Positions 4,003 to 8,247 of a DNA stretch of 8,247 bases are shown here, one piece after another. The translations under genes were made by a program, and so were the position numbers. The DNA is from Promethearchaeota archaeon (GTDB lineage: Archaea > Asgardarchaeota > Odinarchaeia > Odinarchaeales > JBHLKK01). Position 1 is the stretch's first letter. Every line of letters begins with the position of its first letter. The notes beneath the pieces were generated by a model. It did no database searches and was not told where the DNA came from. It saw only the letters and a list, made by a program, of their open reading frames with translations. The DNA is taken from assembly GCA_048939465.1 (NCBI GenBank), contig JBHLPL010000086.1, forward strand, positions 1 through 8,247, in the 5' to 3' direction.

Positions 4003-4266
4003 TTGGGTAGGACTGTTCCCAGCTTCAGAATGGTGCTCGAAAAAGAGCTACAAAAGTGGAATGAGTTTCGTAGAGGATTGAGAATCGAGGAGCAAAATGT
4101 TCTGGATGAACTATTAAACTCTGCACGAAAACATGCAGATGCAGGTTCTCTCGTCTGTTCACCCAATGTTTCAGAGATAGTCTTCATGGCTATTCTAACA
4201 GAATTGAAAAAACAGCTCAAAAAGCTTGAGAAAACGGTCGCGGCCCTTGACATCCAGGAGGACTAG
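4003..4266 (+). CDS. Small alpha-helical PolB2-associated conserved protein (arCOG07300-like), 87 aa
   Basis: The N-terminus MGRTVPSFR, plus the W..F...L and ARKHADA motifs, match the small protein I recognise as typically encoded directly upstream of archaeal polB2. TTG start with AGGAG at 3988-3992. The family label is from recall, not from a search. Confidence 0.8.
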   Translation: MGRTVPSFRMVLEKELQKWNEFRRGLRIEEQNVLDELLNSARKHADAGSLVCSPNVSEIVFMAILTELKKQLKKLEKTVAALDIQED

Positions 4267-4268
4267 GG

Positions 4269-6596
4269 TTGAGCACCATCGAAGGTTGGATTATAGATGC
4301 CAACGTCGACAACAGCGCAGATGGAATTTCAATCTGGATTAAGCAGAGATCTGATGGAAAAGTTATAAACTCATCAAGTGACTGGAAACCGTTCTTTTAC
4401 GTCTATCCTAAGAATTCTTGTTGGGATGTTGAAAGGCTGGTTTATGTTATATCTCAACACCCTCATGTGAGTGAAGTTGAAACTGCTGGCAAATATGTAA
4501 ATCTAGGAGATCGTAAGAAAAGGAATGTGATTCGGGTCAAAACCAATGGAGTAAATTCGTTTCAAAGAGTCAGAAAAGATATTGAGAAACTGGGCAGTTT
4601 AGAACTATATAATGTCGATATTCCTTTAGAACAGATGTTTTTCTTTTCAACCCAACTCTTCCCATTCGCCTACGTCTCTTTGACTGCCGACGATAAAGGG
4701 CAGCTTAAGAGCTACAAGCTCCTAGATTCAAGAATGGAAGTGGACTATGAGGTCCCCATACTAAGAAGGCTTGTAATAATACCACAAGGAAAAGAGAAGC
4801 ACGTACTTTCACCCATCAAACCGATGAAACGAATCATCTTGAAGATTGAAAATGGTGATGCATCCGAGGATCATATTATAGAAAATGGATGTGAAAATGA
4901 ACTACTCATGGACTTATCGCAAAGAGTAAGTAGTTTAGATCCCGATGTGATATTAAGCTACGAGGGGGATGCCAAAGTCTTCCCTTACCTTCAAGCCAGA
5001 GTATCTGCAAACCAGCTTGAGAAAGAATTCTCTTTATCAAGGGATGGGGCACCCCTTTACCCGAACAACCATAGGTTCGGAGGGGGAACTTCGTATTTCA
5101 GTTACGGCAGAATGTATTACAAACCATCTTCCAAGCTAATACTTCACGGTAGACTCCACATAGACAAGACCACAGCCTTCCTATTTGAGGAGGGTGGACT
5201 TGACGGTTTGATCGAGGCCTCTAGACTCTCATTAATGCCCATCCAGCAGGCCTCAAGAATGACGGTCGGCCACATGGTTACTTCCATGCAGAACTATCAA
5301 GCTTGGATCGATGATGTGTTAATACCGGCAGTTAAAAGGCGTACTGAAGAATTTAAGACTGGAGTTGAGTTAATTCGACAGGACAGAGGCGGACTCGTTT
5401 TTGAGCCAAAGATGGGTTTTCATGAGGATGTTGCCGAGTGCGATTTCTTTATGATGTATCCGAGCATAATGCACCACTTCAACGTATCCCCAGAAACCGT
5501 GAACTGCAAATGTTGTAAGGGTGTTGGCATCAAGGTTCCTGGAATCGACCTTCATGTTTGCAGGAAACGAACAGGTTTAGTTTCAAAAGTGGTCAAAATA
5601 CTTCTTGAAAAGAGAAGAGCTTACAAGAAGCTCCTGAAGGAGGCGGAAGGCGAGAGAAAAGAGAGATTTATGGGACTTCAAGCGACAGCAAAATGGGGGG
5701 GAGTTGTGAGTTTCGGTTACCTGGGATTTAAGGGTTATCGGTTTGGTAAAATCGATGCGCACATAGCTGTTACAGCTTTTGCCCGAGAAATACTCCTAAA
5801 AAGCTCAGAAATAGCCCAAAAGAATGGCTTCGATGTGATCCATGGAATAGTCGATTCGCTTTGGCTTAAGAAGAAAACCCCAAATGCAAATCTCGAAGAC
5901 TATGAAAAACTGTCTGAAGAAATTTCAAAAGTCACAGGATTACAGTTGAAGTTCAAAGGTATCTATAAGTGGATTGTATTTCTTCACTCAACTACTAATC
6001 CGGATTTAGGCGTCCTTAATCGATATTACGGAGTGTTTAGGAACGGTAAAATAAGAGTGCGCGGTTTGGAAGTTCGGAAACACGATACTCCGCGGCTGAT
6101 CTACGATGCACAGATGGATATGATTAAGGCCCTTTCAGACGCTTCGAATCTTGAGCAATTTGTTAAGGTGATTCCTAAAGCACGACAAATACTTCAAGAT
6201 TACATTAACAGAGTTCGCAAAGGAAACGTAGACCTTGAGGATTTAATCATATGTAGACGCTTATCAAGGGATCCTTCAGAATATACTGTAGTTACAAGAC
6301 AAGCTGCCGCCGCCCAACAACTCAAATCCATAGGGATTAGGCTTCAAGCTGGGCAGAAGGCCAAATTCGTAATCTTGAATTCCAGCGCAAGGAATCCTGC
6401 AAGAAGGGTGCTTGCAGCCGAGTTGTTAGAGCGGGACCCAAATACTCTTTATGATAAAGAAGAGTACACCAAACTGCTACAGAGAGCCTTCGACAACATG
6501 TTTCCGCCATACATACAAGGAATAGACAGGAAGTCACACATTTCAAGGGAAAATCCAGGTCTAAAAGGCTTTCCTGTTAGTCATAGCAATCTATAA
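4269..6596 (+). CDS. polB2: Family B DNA polymerase, archaeal PolB2 (Dpo2-like) clade, 775 aa
   Basis: Motif A variant ECDFFMMYPSIM (D at 5442), motif B variant QATAKWGGVVSFGYLG (5679-5726) and motif C variant HGIVDS (5841-5858; the GIVDS form is characteristic of PolB2). Thumb motif RGLEVRKHD. Exo motifs lack catalytic acidic residues (SYEGDAKVFPYL). TTG start 2 nt after the upstream TAG. Confidence 0.95.
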   Translation: MSTIEGWIIDANVDNSADGISIWIKQRSDGKVINSSSDWKPFFYVYPKNSCWDVERLVYVISQHPHVSEVETAGKYVNLGDRKKRNVIRVKTNGVNSFQRVRKDIEKLGSLELYNVDIPLEQMFFFSTQLFPFAYVSLTADDKGQLKSYKLLDSRMEVDYEVPILRRLVIIPQGKEKHVLSPIKPMKRIILKIENGDASEDHIIENGCENELLMDLSQRVSSLDPDVILSYEGDAKVFPYLQARVSANQLEKEFSLSRDGAPLYPNNHRFGGGTSYFSYGRMYYKPSSKLILHGRLHIDKTTAFLFEEGGLDGLIEASRLSLMPIQQASRMTVGHMVTSMQNYQAWIDDVLIPAVKRRTEEFKTGVELIRQDRGGLVFEPKMGFHEDVAECDFFMMYPSIMHHFNVSPETVNCKCCKGVGIKVPGIDLHVCRKRTGLVSKVVKILLEKRRAYKKLLKEAEGERKERFMGLQATAKWGGVVSFGYLGFKGYRFGKIDAHIAVTAFAREILLKSSEIAQKNGFDVIHGIVDSLWLKKKTPNANLEDYEKLSEEISKVTGLQLKFKGIYKWIVFLHSTTNPDLGVLNRYYGVFRNGKIRVRGLEVRKHDTPRLIYDAQMDMIKALSDASNLEQFVKVIPKARQILQDYINRVRKGNVDLEDLIICRRLSRDPSEYTVVTRQAAAAQQLKSIGIRLQAGQKAKFVILNSSARNPARRVLAAELLERDPNTLYDKEEYTKLLQRAFDNMFPPYIQGIDRKSHISRENPGLKGFPVSHSNL

Positions 6597-6691
6597 ATAA
6601 CATGCAAGCAGATGTATTATCAATTAGTTCTGCAGATCAACCTACAGAGCTAATAGTACCGTAAAAAATACTGAGCCCGAGAGGAACTAGA

Positions 6692-7123
6692 ATGGTTGAT
6701 TTTGGTCGAGGACTAAAAGCAGGAGTCATAGCTGGAATAATCTATGGTGTAATATGGGGAGTAATAATCTTTACCATCCCCGCTATTATCTTCGCATCAC
6801 TCTGGAATCTACCAGGCTTTCAAGCAGCATGGGCATTGGTTGCAACAATTGTACTAGCCATCACAGTTGTAGCAGGTATAATCGGAGGATTAATTTGGGG
6901 CCTAATATTCGCCCTTGCCTATGATTATCTTCCAACCCAGTCTTCATACCCCAAAGCCTACATATTGTCAATAATATTCTGGCTCGTATTCGACGTGCTA
7001 TTGAACCTTGGCTACATAGGAGATCCGATATATCTTGGTATCAGCTTTGTCTTTGGTGTCATAGTATTCGGAAGTCTAATGGCTTTCTTATGGGATTCCT
7101 TTGCACCACCAAAGACTGCATAA
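6692..7123 (+). CDS. Hypothetical integral membrane protein, 143 aa (~4 TM helices)
   Basis: ATG with GAGG upstream. Gly-rich hydrophobic helices with a G.IWGLIFA.AYDYLP....PKA..LSIIFWL pattern. No function assignable. Confidence 0.85.
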   Translation: MVDFGRGLKAGVIAGIIYGVIWGVIIFTIPAIIFASLWNLPGFQAAWALVATIVLAITVVAGIIGGLIWGLIFALAYDYLPTQSSYPKAYILSIIFWLVFDVLLNLGYIGDPIYLGISFVFGVIVFGSLMAFLWDSFAPPKTA

Positions 7124-7132
7124 TTCATCCCC

Positions 7133-7140
7133 TTTTTTTT
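7133..7140 (+). terminator. T8 archaeal terminator
   Basis: Eight consecutive T starting 9 nt after the TAA of 6692..7123. Confidence 0.6.
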
Positions 7141-7268
7141 GTTACTCGAACCAGTCCTACCTCGGGTATTACACTCTCGAAGAAGAAAATGAAGCGGGCT
7201 TTGGCAAATGGACTCCCTAAGTCTACTCTGCCATCCAAAAGGGTTGTTTTGGGCACGGCAAATCTCGG

Positions 7269-7562
7269 TTATTTAGCTTCTCTGACACGACCAGCATACA
7301 TCATATAGATTCCAACAACTGCAAAGACCACTCCGCCGGCGACCGAGGGAACCATAAGTAACAGTAGTGAACCGGCCACAATAGGAATTCCTAGTATATA
7401 TGGCCACACAATACTTACGTATAGAGAGCTAAACAGGGCAAGGATGGAAATTGCAGTTATAACTAGACCGACCCAGAACACCCAAGTCTTTTTAACACTC
7501 TGAGTCAAGTTCCTCCCCCTCCTCAGGTTTGCTACCGTATAATCTATTGCAAAGCGCACCAT
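7269..7562 (-). CDS. Hypothetical small membrane protein, 97 aa (2-3 TM helices)
   Basis: A basic N-terminal region is followed by long hydrophobic segments. Co-oriented with and downstream of the PhzF-family gene. The start is uncertain. Confidence 0.7.
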   Translation of the reverse strand: MVRFAIDYTVANLRRGRNLTQSVKKTWVFWVGLVITAISILALFSSLYVSIVWPYILGIPIVAGSLLLLMVPSVAGGVVFAVVGIYMMYAGRVREAK

Positions 7563-7702
7563 AAAAGCCTTATCGGACTTCTTTGCCTTTTCAAGTGCTG
7601 TATGACGTCTGTCGGTCTTTCATGTTCCTTTTCCATTGTTCCTTCCAGTTCGGAAACTTCCAGCAAGTTGCTGGTTATTCTGCAGAATTCGTTTGTTGAT
7701 GA

Positions 7703-8247
7703 CTAGTACAGCTCTCCTTTGGCAACCATAATTACCTTGCCACCAACGTATACATTTATTCTTTCTTTATCTTCCTCAGCTCTCAAAAGCAGTAAAGAAG
7801 GTCTCCCTATCTCATACCCCTGTTCAACTCTAATATCAATACTGTCCTTCCCAAAATAACGATGTTTAATCAAGTACCCAGCAAGACAGCCATTTGCACT
7901 CCCCGTGGCGGGATCTTCAGGAATACCGTAGTAGTCTGCAAAGAACCTTACACTCAAATCATTTCCTTTCTTATGAGTTTCTGGGCAAAAGATCAGTATT
8001 GTTTTGGCCTGAATATCGCCAACCAGATCGAACAGCTTGTCTCTGACTGTTCTAGCACGCTTCAATGCATCTAGGCTCTTTAGAGGGACGATGAGAGTGG
8101 GGACTCCTGTAGAGACATCCTGAATCGGAAATCTTTCATCAATATCCTCTGCATCAAGACTCAAGACATTCGAGAGCACTCTCAGATCAAAGGTTCGACC
8201 AAAGATGGGATTTATTTGCTTCATCCACAAAGTCTCAGCGTTCTCAT
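7703..8247 (-). CDS. phzF: PhzF-family (phenazine biosynthesis-like / DAP-epimerase fold) isomerase, C-terminal part (5'-truncated by window edge)
   Basis: Motifs VSTGVPTLIVPL, RFFA...GIPEDPATGSANG.LAGYL and EQGYEIGRPS, ending in VGGKV..VAKG. The frame stays open to the window end (..ENAETLWMKQ), so TTG 8230 is internal. The symbol denotes the family, not proven phenazine synthesis. Confidence 0.95.
   Translation of the reverse strand, partial: ENAETLWMKQINPIFGRTFDLRVLSNVLSLDAEDIDERFPIQDVSTGVPTLIVPLKSLDALKRARTVRDKLFDLVGDIQAKTILIFCPETHKKGNDLSVRFFADYYGIPEDPATGSANGCLAGYLIKHRYFGKDSIDIRVEQGYEIGRPSLLLLRAEEDKERINVYVGGKVIMVAKGELY

Noticed and set aside
3882-6546. Minus-strand ORFs 3882..4253, 5370..5555 and 6337..6546
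   Set aside because: They are antisense shadows of well-supported operon genes.
7563-7636. Possible frameshifted N-terminal extension of 7269..7562 (frame open to 7619; out-of-frame ATGs at 7623 and 7636 with AAGGA upstream)
   Set aside because: It cannot be distinguished from chance without homologues or reads, and the 97-aa ORF is self-consistent as it stands.
7643-7657. TTCCAGTTCGGAAAC resembles an archaeal ORB/mini-ORB
   Set aside because: It is a single imperfect copy with no G-string, no AT-rich unwinding element and no orc1/cdc6 gene nearby.
7090-8074. Tracked plus-strand ORFs 7090..7308 and 7862..8074
   Set aside because: The first overlaps two convergent gene ends and spans a T8 terminator. 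The second is antisense to the PhzF-family gene.

Overview
Archaeal-looking chromosomal window (TACK/Asgard-type gene content; taxon cannot be fixed from sequence alone). Left edge: 3' end of a CorA Mg/Co transporter. Right edge: 3' part of a PhzF-family gene on the minus strand, plus two small membrane proteins. The core (3224-6596) is the known three-gene archaeal PolB2 cassette: a catalytically degenerate RadA/RecA-fold protein, a small helical partner and a PolB2-type family B DNA polymerase with a dead exonuclease and altered polymerase motifs. The RadA-like protein ends in a PIP-box-like motif. The ~2.7 kb between corA and this cassette is an accessory-like stretch of very small ORFs, including an orphan ribbon-helix-helix regulator. 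It holds the least explained signals. (i) A ~45-bp element (A-run, GTTAGTAAA, 15-16 bp spacer, TTTACTAAC, AAAAT) occurs four times, mostly just downstream of stop codons. (ii) Two unannotated tandem micro-ORFs encode a 24-aa poly-Glu/Asp-Trp peptide and a 16-aa poly-Lys peptide, each preceded by GGGGG exactly 7 nt before the start and together bracketed by the two most similar copies of the element. (iii) A second repeated palindrome, CCAGCATGCTGG, occurs twice. No rRNA, tRNA, CRISPR array, transposase or integrase is visible.
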